A DNA stretch of 32,000 nucleotides, taken from assembly GCF_000015225.1 (NCBI RefSeq), contig NC_008698.1, positions 1,170,001 through 1,202,000 on the forward strand. Reading direction: 5' to 3'. The position numbers were made by a program, and so were the translations under genes. The notes below the pieces were generated by a model. It was not told the DNA's origin. It did not search any database and was given only the letters and a program-made list of their open reading frames with translations. Position 1 is the first letter of the stretch. The number at the start of each line of letters is the position of its first letter. This document shows, one piece after another, positions 7,078 to 14,987 of this stretch. The stretch comes from Thermofilum pendens Hrk 5. GTDB taxonomy: Archaea > Thermoproteota > Thermoprotei > Thermofilales > Thermofilaceae.

Positions 7078-7521
7078 ATGAAGGTAGCTTTCGGGGCGGA
7101 CGATAACTACTCGATAGCGAGGTTCGTAGTAGAGGAGCTTAAGCGCAGGGGCCACGAGGTCGTGCTGGTAGGCTCCCCGCTGACGGGGAAGCCCTACCCC
7201 TGGCCAAAAGTGGCTGTGGAGGTTGCGGAGCTCGTTGCGAGCGGCAAGGTGGATACGGGGATAGTCATGTGCTACACCGGGACGGGGGTGAGCATAGCCG
7301 CGAACAAGGTCAAGGGAGTCAGGGCTGCTCTCTGCACCGACGCGAAGAACGCCAGGGGCGCGCGCCTGTGGAACGACGCCAACGTGCTCGCGCTAAGCGC
7401 GAGGCTCCTCTCGGAGGAGGTCGCGAAGGAGATACTCGACGAGTGGTTCTCGGTCGAGAAGCCGGACCCCAGCGAGCTGGAGAACATAGAGTTCGTGAAG
7501 AAGCTGGACCTCTCAAGGTGA
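7078..7521 (+). CDS. rpiB: Ribose-5-phosphate isomerase B (RpiB/LacA/LacB family)
   Basis: MKVAFGADDNY, GIVMCYTGTGVSIAANKVKGVRAAL (catalytic Cys plus the SIAANK motif) and NDANVLALSARL match the family, and the 147-aa length is typical. Confidence 0.9.
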   Translation: MKVAFGADDNYSIARFVVEELKRRGHEVVLVGSPLTGKPYPWPKVAVEVAELVASGKVDTGIVMCYTGTGVSIAANKVKGVRAALCTDAKNARGARLWNDANVLALSARLLSEEVAKEILDEWFSVEKPDPSELENIEFVKKLDLSR

Positions 7522-8121
7522 GCCCAGGACCCTCCACAGCTCCTCCGCGGCTTCCCGGTCGACCTCCAGGAACCTCTCGAGCACGCGTAGCCTCTCGACC
7601 TTGCCCCCCGCCGCGAGGTAGACCCTGCCGCCCTCCACGGCTACTAGCTGGTAGACGACTCCGCGGAACTCGAGCTCGCCTACCCTCAGCTCCTCCGCGA
7701 TCGCGTCGAGCAAGCCCCCCGTGTCTACGAAGCCCTTGAAGAACTCCTCGACCCTGCGCATAGCCCCCCTGACGCCGAGCATCCTCACCGCGAAGTAGTC
7801 GACAGCCTCGAAGGACGCGCCTAAAGGCCTCTCGCGCGGCTGCGGGGGCGGCGGGATCCCCCTAACTATACCTTCGTTGCAGTCCCGCGAGGGGACCAGG
7901 GGCGCCGCCACGGGCGGGTCACCCTCCTTGACTGCACCCTCCGGGATCCTCCGGGCCAGGAGTATCAGGGCCCGCCGCCCGCCCCGCGCCCCCGCGAAGC
8001 AGTCGAAGAGGTAGAGGTAGCCGGGCTCCCCGGCCCGGCGGAAAGCGGCGTAGGGGTACCAGGCCTTCCTGAGCCGCTCGACTCTCCTCAGAGCCTTGGC
8101 GGAGACGTCCACGTAGTACAC
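7513..8121 (-). CDS. Hypothetical protein (third gene of a three-gene unknown operon)
   Basis: A 202-aa ORF with ordinary, non-low-complexity composition. It starts 13 nt after the stop of 8135..8632. No motif recognised. Its 3' end overlaps rpiB by 9 nt (convergent). Confidence 0.6.
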   Translation of the reverse strand: MYYVDVSAKALRRVERLRKAWYPYAAFRRAGEPGYLYLFDCFAGARGGRRALILLARRIPEGAVKEGDPPVAAPLVPSRDCNEGIVRGIPPPPQPRERPLGASFEAVDYFAVRMLGVRGAMRRVEEFFKGFVDTGGLLDAIAEELRVGELEFRGVVYQLVAVEGGRVYLAAGGKVERLRVLERFLEVDREAAEELWRVLGSP

Positions 8122-8134
8122 TGGGACGGCACCT

Positions 8135-8632
8135 CTACGTGTCCACCCGCGAGACGAGCCCCGCGTACCCCGTGTGGAGCCTCGGGTGGTTCTCCTCGAA
8201 GGAGAAGCCCTCGGCGTTCAGCAGGAAGAGCTCGTCGGCGCGTACCCGTAGCCCCCTGCGCCCGGCCATAGCGAGGAAGTCCCCGGACGCCAGCGACGTG
8301 TAGCCGCTCCACGACTCCACGGGGAACTGGTCGTAGTGCGTCGTGCCGACAGCGGTGATCTCGCCGGCGCGGACCTCGTAGACGCGCATGTGGAGGTAGA
8401 GGTAGGCGTTGAACGTCGGGGAGTAGACCACGCCCTTTGTGCCCCTGTCGCCGAGCCAGGTGCCCGCCGGCCAGACCTGCATCTTCATCTCGTTGCCGTA
8501 CGGTGTTCCACCGAAGAACAAGCCCCTAACCTCTCCGGCGCCCCCGAAGCCCGCGAAAACCAGGGAGACGGGCCAGTCGACGTTGTCCAGGCCTACCCTC
8601 TCGGACTGGAAGTCGTAGTTGTAGAATGACAC
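8135..8632 (-). CDS. Hypothetical protein (middle gene; may be the C-terminal part of a frameshifted fusion)
   Basis: A 165-aa ORF from GTG 8632 (SFYNYDFQSERVGLDNVDWPVSLVF...YLHMRVYE...GTTHYD). Its frame stays open upstream to 8749 with protein-like text but no ATG, GTG or TTG. No family recognised. Confidence 0.6.
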   Translation of the reverse strand: MSFYNYDFQSERVGLDNVDWPVSLVFAGFGGAGEVRGLFFGGTPYGNEMKMQVWPAGTWLGDRGTKGVVYSPTFNAYLYLHMRVYEVRAGEITAVGTTHYDQFPVESWSGYTSLASGDFLAMAGRRGLRVRADELFLLNAEGFSFEENHPRLHTGYAGLVSRVDT

Positions 8633-9291
8633 GCCCCCGGCGGACAGCTTTGCAAGCCCGCACTTAGCCCTCGACCTGGCCTCCCGCGCCCTCTCGACGT
8701 GGGAGGAAACGTCGCGCGCCTCCCCGGGACGGCTAGCCCCGTGAAGCGCTCAACGATCCGCCCGCCCGGCTCAACCCCCACGAGCGCAGCGCCGCCAGCC
8801 GTTAGCACCTCGTATACCCTCAGGCTCCCCAGCTGGCCGTAGGAGTACTCGCCTACCAGGCGCGCCTCCCCAGCCTCCCCCCACAGCCTACCGGCAAACT
8901 CGAGCACCCTCGCGAGCTCCCCCGAGTCCGCCCGCAACCCCTCCCCACCTCCCAGGAGGGGGTCCAGCAGAACCACCCTCCCGCGCCCCCTGTCGTAGAA
9001 GACGTGGAGCCCGCCCGCCACTACGCGCGCGGAGTAGCTCGCCCCCCTCAGGAAGTCCGCGAACACTCCTTCGACCTCGACGCGGCCGGCTAGGCGGAGA
9101 AGCGCTACGCAGCCGGTGAAGCCCATCGAGCGCCAGGAGCCCGAGACCAGTAGCTCCCACTCGGCGTGCCCAATCACTCTTCCAAGCAGTGGGTCAGACC
9201 TCAGCGCCTCCTCCAGCCTCCCCGCCTCCCACCCGCAGTAGTCTACCTCGCTTCTCTCCTCGACGAGACTTGCATCCAACCCTACCGGCAT
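8593..9291 (-). CDS. Hypothetical protein (first gene of the unknown operon); the last ~45 aa look out-of-frame
   Basis: A 232-aa ORF with a TATA-like element (revcomp of 9319-9331) about 30 nt upstream. The C-terminal tail PGRRATFPPTSRGRGRPGRGLSAGLQSCPPGACHSTTTTSSPRG is P/G/R/S-rich and overlaps the next ORF by 40 nt. Confidence 0.6.
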   Translation of the reverse strand: MPVGLDASLVEERSEVDYCGWEAGRLEEALRSDPLLGRVIGHAEWELLVSGSWRSMGFTGCVALLRLAGRVEVEGVFADFLRGASYSARVVAGGLHVFYDRGRGRVVLLDPLLGGGEGLRADSGELARVLEFAGRLWGEAGEARLVGEYSYGQLGSLRVYEVLTAGGAALVGVEPGGRIVERFTGLAVPGRRATFPPTSRGRGRPGRGLSAGLQSCPPGACHSTTTTSSPRG

Positions 9292-9620
9292 AGCCTACTC
9301 CTCACGCTACGGGCAGCCATAAAGCTTTAACGTAGCATGCGTAGCCGTTCCCGGTAGAAGCTTCTCCGCGCGTTAGCTTTAACTGAAGCTTTTCGGATGC
9401 CGCGTGATAGCTTCATTAATAAATATAACGCGGAGTCTTTTTAGTTTATCCCTCCCGAAGCGAGCTCCACGTTTTCACGATAAACTAATATTCTTCGAGG
9501 CCCTCCCATTACTGTTGATTATTATTCAAAGCTTTAACTCCTGCTTTGACGGAATTCTTCATGTATTTCTTTCTCAATGTAAAGTAAAATGTTTATTAAT
9601 GCTTAAAGACAGTTTAGGTT

Positions 9621-11771
9621 GTGCAACAGGCGCAGAAAAAGGGCTTGAGTAAGAGCGCGTTGTACGCCATTATAGCCGTTGCGTTGATTCTCGTAGTTGT
9701 AGCCGTCTACCTCTTGGCCCCGAAGGGTGCGGGACCAGCTGGCCCCGCCGCCGTGGCTAAGCCGTTCCACAAGCAGATTCTCTACGTGATCGTCAACGAC
9801 GAGGGGACTAGGATAAACATGTACAAGACCGGTGTCTTCGACATCGCTGCCGTAACGCCGGCTAGGTGGCCCGACGTTAACAATACTCGTGTCGGGAACT
9901 TCACGCTCCACCTCGTGAGGAGGCCCGACAAGCCGCAGCTAACGATACAGTACATAGGGTTGAACCCGATGAAGGAGCCGCTGAACATACCGGAGGTCAG
10001 GCAGGCGCTGGCCTACGCGACGCCCTACGACGTGATACTGAAGCAGGTTTTCGGCGGGCTCTACGTTAGGCTCTACACGATCATCCCCAAGGGGATGTCC
10101 GGCTACACGGAGTTCGGTATAAACAAGTACGAGTACGACATGGCGAAGGCCCAGCAGATAATCAGCCAGCTGAAGGCTAAGGGCTTCGACCCGGGCAAGT
10201 ACGTGATCACTATAATATACAACGAGGGCAACACGGCGCGCCAGCAGATAGCCACGCTCCTCCAGCAGTCGTGGAGCCAGCTCGGCTTCAAGGTTACCGT
10301 GGAGTCGTACTCCTGGCCCAAGTACCTCGACCTCGTCGACCACTTCCAGTACCAGGTGATGTTGCTCGGGTGGATACCCGACTACTTCGACCCCGACGAC
10401 TACCTCATGCCGTTCGTCTGGGGAGGCGCCGAGTTCAAGGACATAGAGGTACACTCGAACGTCGCGCCGGGAGACGTCGGTAAGTACCTCGCGAACGTCA
10501 ACATGACCGTCGAGACAGAGAAGTTCATCGTAGTAGCGGGAGAGAAGGGCACAGGCGCCACCTACAAGGGACCGACGAACAAGCCGATAATAACAGTCGG
10601 CTACGTCGTAGACTGGGACACGACGAAGTCTAACTGGGCGGAGCCCGTGAACATGGTTACCCTCGGCACCGGGGGGTTGAAGGACGTTGCTCTCAGCGCG
10701 CTGTGCAAGGCGGCCCAGAGGATAATCGACCCGACGGTTAGAGAGGCCGTCATGCAGGCCGCCGTCATCTACTTCAACAAGCAGGCAACCATGCTGATAC
10801 TCGGGCAACAGATAACGGGCGAGAACTACGGATCGTGGGTTCACGGCATGTACTACCCGCTCGCAACTTTCGCGAGGTACGACCTCGTCTGGGAGGACCC
10901 CAACGCCCCGGTTGTCGACACGGGCGTTCTCAACATTAAGAACAGCCCCGAGACGATGGTTATCGGCGATATAGGCTGGCCGGACACCTTCGACCCCGCC
11001 AAGTCCTACGAGAGCTTCGGCTGGGAGATCTTCTGGCACATATACGGAAAGCTTGTCACGATGTGGAAGGAGGACACGGAGCCCATACCGGAGCTCTCCG
11101 TGGCCTGGGCGTTCAGCAAGGACATGACGGACCTCTACTTCGTGATGAGGGGCAACGTGAAGGCCTACGATCCGTGGAACAACAAGACGTACCCCATAAC
11201 CGCCGTGGACGCCTTGTTCAGCATCTGGCGCGCCGTTAGGCTGAACCTGCCCGGAGGACCCCAGTGGATGATCGATAGCTACATAGACGTCAACGCCTCG
11301 AGCGTGCTCACGGAGAGCGAGCTAGACAGCATCGCCAAGTCCCAGGGCCTCGTAACAGTGTACAAGGGCAAGTCGGCGGAAGTCCACAGCCTCAAGGAGC
11401 TACTCGACTTCTTCGGCTACTCGGGCCCCACAGCCGGGGTCGTGAAGTTCAAGCTACGCTTCCCGTACGTGCCGATACTGCAGATATTCGTGACGGGCGT
11501 AGGCTCGATAATACCGATGCAGTACGCGCTCGGAGACAAGTACCAGGCCGCCCTCGCCGACTCCAATAACGGCAGGAACCCCGCGGCGTGGGCTAAGTAC
11601 GTCGGTGTCGGCGATACCGACGCGACGTTCAAGCTACTGTCGACGAAGCCTGTATCCACGGGGCCGTACTACGTTGCGGACTACAAGGAGGACAGCTACA
11701 TACTCCTCAAGTACAACCCCTACTACTGGAACGCCACGCTCTGGCAGGAGCTGTATGGCTTCAAACCATAA
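9621..11771 (+). CDS. ABC transporter substrate-binding protein, family 5 (Dpp/Opp/Nik type), membrane-anchored, apparently circularly permuted
   Basis: N-terminal anchor ALYAIIAVALILVVVAVYLLAP. Family-5 motifs include IQYIGLNPMKEPLNIPEVRQALAYA, YEYDMAKAQQII, LLGWIPDYFDPDDYL, TMVIGDIGWPDTFDPAKSY, IPELSVAWAFSKD and PVSTGPYYVADYKEDSYILLKYNPYYW. GTG start; a downstream TTG (9645) is possible. Confidence 0.9.
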   Translation: MQQAQKKGLSKSALYAIIAVALILVVVAVYLLAPKGAGPAGPAAVAKPFHKQILYVIVNDEGTRINMYKTGVFDIAAVTPARWPDVNNTRVGNFTLHLVRRPDKPQLTIQYIGLNPMKEPLNIPEVRQALAYATPYDVILKQVFGGLYVRLYTIIPKGMSGYTEFGINKYEYDMAKAQQIISQLKAKGFDPGKYVITIIYNEGNTARQQIATLLQQSWSQLGFKVTVESYSWPKYLDLVDHFQYQVMLLGWIPDYFDPDDYLMPFVWGGAEFKDIEVHSNVAPGDVGKYLANVNMTVETEKFIVVAGEKGTGATYKGPTNKPIITVGYVVDWDTTKSNWAEPVNMVTLGTGGLKDVALSALCKAAQRIIDPTVREAVMQAAVIYFNKQATMLILGQQITGENYGSWVHGMYYPLATFARYDLVWEDPNAPVVDTGVLNIKNSPETMVIGDIGWPDTFDPAKSYESFGWEIFWHIYGKLVTMWKEDTEPIPELSVAWAFSKDMTDLYFVMRGNVKAYDPWNNKTYPITAVDALFSIWRAVRLNLPGGPQWMIDSYIDVNASSVLTESELDSIAKSQGLVTVYKGKSAEVHSLKELLDFFGYSGPTAGVVKFKLRFPYVPILQIFVTGVGSIIPMQYALGDKYQAALADSNNGRNPAAWAKYVGVGDTDATFKLLSTKPVSTGPYYVADYKEDSYILLKYNPYYWNATLWQELYGFKP

Positions 11772-11772
11772 G

Positions 11773-11790
11773 TTTTTTTTTTTAAATTTC
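11773..11790 (+). terminator. T11 tract followed by AAATTT between the SBP gene and the permease genes (attenuator and/or internal TATA)
   Basis: TTTTTTTTTTTAAATTTC starts 2 nt after the SBP stop. GGTGAAGGTGG (SD-like) lies just before ATG 11816. Confidence 0.45.
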
Positions 11791-11815
11791 CCGTTTTTCT
11801 CTCGGGTGAAGGTGG

Positions 11816-12874
11816 ATGGGTCTAGCTAGCTATCTGGTGAGGAGGCTTGCAACGTTTCTCCCGAGCGTCCTCGGGGCGCTCCTCATAACCTACCTCATAG
11901 CCTACGTTATCCCCACGGACCCCGTGAGGGCGTGGGTAGGGGAGAAGCTCATGGACCCCTCGACCCTAGAGAGGCTGAGGAAGGAGTACAAGTTCGACGC
12001 GCCGTGGTACGAGCAGTTCGCCTTCCTGGTCGAGAAGCTCCTAACGGGCACGCTCGTAGACCCCACCAGGGGTATCCCCGTCGTCCAGCAGGTGGCGCAG
12101 AGGTTCCCGATAACCGTCGAGCTGGCTATATTCGGCATGCTGTTCACAGTGGCTATAGGCATACCGCTGGGGATACTGGCAGCGGCGAAGAAGGACAGCT
12201 TCGTGGACTTCTTCGTAAGGGTATTCGCGCTCTTCGGGAGCTCCATGCCGGCCTTCGTGCTCTACTACTTCCTGATACTGGCGTTCTACGTCTACGTGAG
12301 AGCCTCGCTACTAGCCGGGGTTCCCTCCCTGTCTCCAGCGTGCGCCGCCAGCCTGGACTCCGTCAGGAACGCGGTTCCCCTCCTGGGCTACGTCGTGTGG
12401 GCGGTAGGCCAGGTCCCGATGTTCGGCGGTCTCATGTGCGGGGATCTGGGGGTTGTCTCTGCGACGTTCGTTAGGATGTGGCTTCCGGGGTTGGCGCTGG
12501 GGCTCCTCTCCGGCGGCTTCATAGCGAGGATAGTTAGGAACAGCTTGCTCGACGCGCTGAGTTCGGACGCGATCCTCTTTGCAAGGGCAAGGGGCCTTAC
12601 GAGCGGCAGGATATGGCGGCACGCCTTGAAGAACGCGTTCGCGCCTATAGTCACGATTCTCGGCCTCAACTTCGCCGGCCTGCTCACGGGCGCCGTGATA
12701 GCGGAGACTGTCTTCAATATCCCCGGCATGGGGCTCTACATGTACCAGGGGATCACGAGGCTGAACTTCCCGATAATAATCGCCGGGACGTTCATATTCT
12801 CGGTGATATACATCGTGATGAACCTCCTGGTAGACCTCGTCTACGCGCTGATAGACCCGCGCGTCAGGTACTAG
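11816..12874 (+). CDS. ABC transporter permease (DppB/OppB-like)
   Basis: Typical N-terminus MGLASYLVRRLATFLPSVLGALLITYLIAYVIPTDP, multiple TM segments, and the EAA-loop region ARARGLTSGRIWRHALKNAFAPIV. Confidence 0.9.
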   Translation: MGLASYLVRRLATFLPSVLGALLITYLIAYVIPTDPVRAWVGEKLMDPSTLERLRKEYKFDAPWYEQFAFLVEKLLTGTLVDPTRGIPVVQQVAQRFPITVELAIFGMLFTVAIGIPLGILAAAKKDSFVDFFVRVFALFGSSMPAFVLYYFLILAFYVYVRASLLAGVPSLSPACAASLDSVRNAVPLLGYVVWAVGQVPMFGGLMCGDLGVVSATFVRMWLPGLALGLLSGGFIARIVRNSLLDALSSDAILFARARGLTSGRIWRHALKNAFAPIVTILGLNFAGLLTGAVIAETVFNIPGMGLYMYQGITRLNFPIIIAGTFIFSVIYIVMNLLVDLVYALIDPRVRY

Positions 12875-12885
12875 GGGTGGTAAGC

Positions 12886-13992
12886 GTGAACGTCGTCTAC
12901 GCCCTGGGTAGCAGGCTTATAGACGCCTACGCCAGGCTCAGGGATAGGCTCTCGCCCGGCTGGCTCGAGAAAAACAAGTCCAAGCTCGTAGAGACGAAGC
13001 TCTCGCTGTACGTCTTCTCGTCCTCCAAGATAGGCTTGACGGGGCTCGCTCTCGTCACGGTCACGCTCTTCCTGGCGATCTTCGGCCCCTTCATAGCGTG
13101 GGAGCCCTACGACGTGTACCCAGTGCTCTCGAACCCGGACCTCGCCGGCAAGCTACCCCACCCCCCGTGCCTCGGTAACTGCGAGGGGTTGCCGCCCGCG
13201 GGTACGGACCAGTACGGGAGAGACGTGCTCAGCCTGGTGATCAGGGGCTTCCGGATATCCCTCGTGATGAGCGTGATAATCGTCGTTACCAGCGCCGTGC
13301 TGGGAGTAGTCCTCGGGCTCGTCTCCGGCTACTTCGGAGGAGCGGTAGACGAGGCCATAATGAGGTTTACCGACATGATGCTCGCCTTCCCGGGCCTAAT
13401 ACTCGCGATAGCCTTCAGCCTAACGTTGAGGCTCTCCCTGAGGGACTTCATGATGTCCAACCCCGCGTTCACAGGGCTCGTCGCATCCATGTTCGCGCTG
13501 GACCCCAGGGACGCGCCCAACCTGGCGAACCTCCTCTCGGTGTTCCTGGCGCTCATACTCGTCTGGTGGCCGCCGTACGCGAGGGTAGTTAGGGGCTCCG
13601 TGCTGACAGTCAAGGAGCAGGGGTTCATAGAGGCGGCGAGGGCTCTCGGGCTGTCGACGCGGAAGGTGCTCTTCAGGCACGTCCTCCCCAACATCATGTC
13701 CCCGCTCCTCGTCATGGTAACCTTCGACTTCGCGACAGCCACTCTGAGCTCAGCGGCTCTCTCCTTCCTGGGGCTCGGCCCCCAGCCGCCCGTACCGGAC
13801 CTGGGGCTGATAATATCCCAGGCGGGGCAGTTCTTCCCGGAGAGGAGCTGGTGGATAGTCGTGGAGGCGGGGACCGCCCTGCTACTCATATCCCTCGGGT
13901 GGAACCTCGTGGGGGACGCGCTCAGGGACGTCTTCGACCCGAAGACGAGGCGCTCCATAGAGCTTAAGGCGAAGATAGAGGTGAGACCATGA
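12886..13992 (+). CDS. ABC transporter permease (DppC/OppC-like)
   Basis: Tracked ORF 12613..13992 starts inside the upstream gene with R/P-rich text. GGGGTG at 12874-12879 followed by GTG 12886 gives a sensible start. EAA loop: IEAARALGLSTRKVLFRHVLPNIMSPLLV. Confidence 0.88.
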   Translation: MNVVYALGSRLIDAYARLRDRLSPGWLEKNKSKLVETKLSLYVFSSSKIGLTGLALVTVTLFLAIFGPFIAWEPYDVYPVLSNPDLAGKLPHPPCLGNCEGLPPAGTDQYGRDVLSLVIRGFRISLVMSVIIVVTSAVLGVVLGLVSGYFGGAVDEAIMRFTDMMLAFPGLILAIAFSLTLRLSLRDFMMSNPAFTGLVASMFALDPRDAPNLANLLSVFLALILVWWPPYARVVRGSVLTVKEQGFIEAARALGLSTRKVLFRHVLPNIMSPLLVMVTFDFATATLSSAALSFLGLGPQPPVPDLGLIISQAGQFFPERSWWIVVEAGTALLLISLGWNLVGDALRDVFDPKTRRSIELKAKIEVRP

Positions 13993-14987
13993 GCGCGTTG
14001 GAGGACAGGCAGGTGCTCTCGGCTAGGGGCGTAACCGTCAGGTTCTACACGTACGCCGGCGTCGTCCACGCGGTCACGGACGCCTACCTCGACGTCTACG
14101 AGGGCGAGAGCGTAGCCCTGGTGGGCGAGACGGGTAGCGGTAAGTCCGTGTTCACGAAGGCGCTTACAGGCCTCATAGACCCCCCGGGGCGCATAGAGTC
14201 CGGGAGCGTTCTCTTCAGGAGGCGGGACGGCAGGGTGGTCGACCTGCTGAAGCTTTCCCCGGAGGAGGTCCGGGAGATAAGGGGCGACGAGATATCCTAC
14301 GTGTTCCAGGACCCTTCGAGCGCGCTCGACCCCCTCTACACGGCGGGGGACCACATAGCCGAGACTATAACGGAGCACAGAGGCGTCCCCAAGGGGGACG
14401 CGCTCAGGGAGGCCGTCTCCCTCCTAAGGGACGTCATGATCCCGAACCCGGAGGTCAGGGTGAAGAACTACCCGCACGAGCTGAGCGGCGGGATGAGGCA
14501 GAGGGTAGTCATAGCCACCGCTATTGCGAACAAGCCGCGCCTACTCATAGCGGACGAGCCCACGACAAACCTCGACGTGACTGTCCAGGCCCAGATACTC
14601 GACCTCCTGAAGGACCTCAGGTCCAAGTACGGTATGAGCCTGCTACTCATAACCCACAACCTGGGCGTCGTCGCCGAGACGGCGGACAGGGTCTACGTCA
14701 TGTACGGCGGGAGGATAGCGGAGACGGCGGACGTGTACACGGTGTTCGAGTCGCCGGCACACCCCTACACGCAGCTCCTCCTCCGCTCCGTCCCGAACCC
14801 GCTGAAAAAGATCGAGCGCCTCGAGTCGATCCCGGGGACTGTCCCCAACCTGATAGACATGAAGCCGGGGTGCCCGTTCGCTCCGAGGTGCCCCTTCGCC
14901 ATGGAGGTTTGCAGCAGGGAGGACCCCCCGCGGGTAGACCTGGGTGGGGGGCACGTCGTCCACTGCTGGTTGCACGCTAAGAGGTGA
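13989..14987 (+). CDS. ABC transporter ATP-binding protein (DppD/OppD-like)
   Basis: Walker A GETGSGKS, signature LSGGMRQR, Walker B LLIADEPTTNLD, and the C-terminal oligopeptide-type extension GCPFAPRCPFAMEVC. ATGA overlap with the upstream permease. Confidence 0.95.
   Translation: MSALEDRQVLSARGVTVRFYTYAGVVHAVTDAYLDVYEGESVALVGETGSGKSVFTKALTGLIDPPGRIESGSVLFRRRDGRVVDLLKLSPEEVREIRGDEISYVFQDPSSALDPLYTAGDHIAETITEHRGVPKGDALREAVSLLRDVMIPNPEVRVKNYPHELSGGMRQRVVIATAIANKPRLLIADEPTTNLDVTVQAQILDLLKDLRSKYGMSLLLITHNLGVVAETADRVYVMYGGRIAETADVYTVFESPAHPYTQLLLRSVPNPLKKIERLESIPGTVPNLIDMKPGCPFAPRCPFAMEVCSREDPPRVDLGGGHVVHCWLHAKR

Noticed and set aside
9404-9652. 82-aa ORF in the AT-rich region upstream of the ABC operon.
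   Set aside because: It lies in promoter-like AT-rich DNA and runs into the SBP start. It has an implausible hydrophobic, low-complexity composition and no start context.
9939-11039. 366-aa ORF antisense to the substrate-binding-protein gene. Similar long antisense or off-frame ORFs occur at 13329..14378, 14765..15646, 18139..18951, 1357..2145, 26144..27085 and 27917..28594.
   Set aside because: All are R/P/G/S-rich or otherwise low-information translations. They lie opposite or out of frame to ORFs with clear domain motifs. Such long open frames are expected by chance in high-GC DNA with few stop codons.
12613-12885. N-terminal 91-aa extension of the second permease as given by the ORF track.
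   Set aside because: It overlaps the preceding permease gene in another frame with R/P-rich text. An SD-like GGGGTG plus GTG 12886 directly after the upstream stop gives a canonical DppC-like N-terminus.
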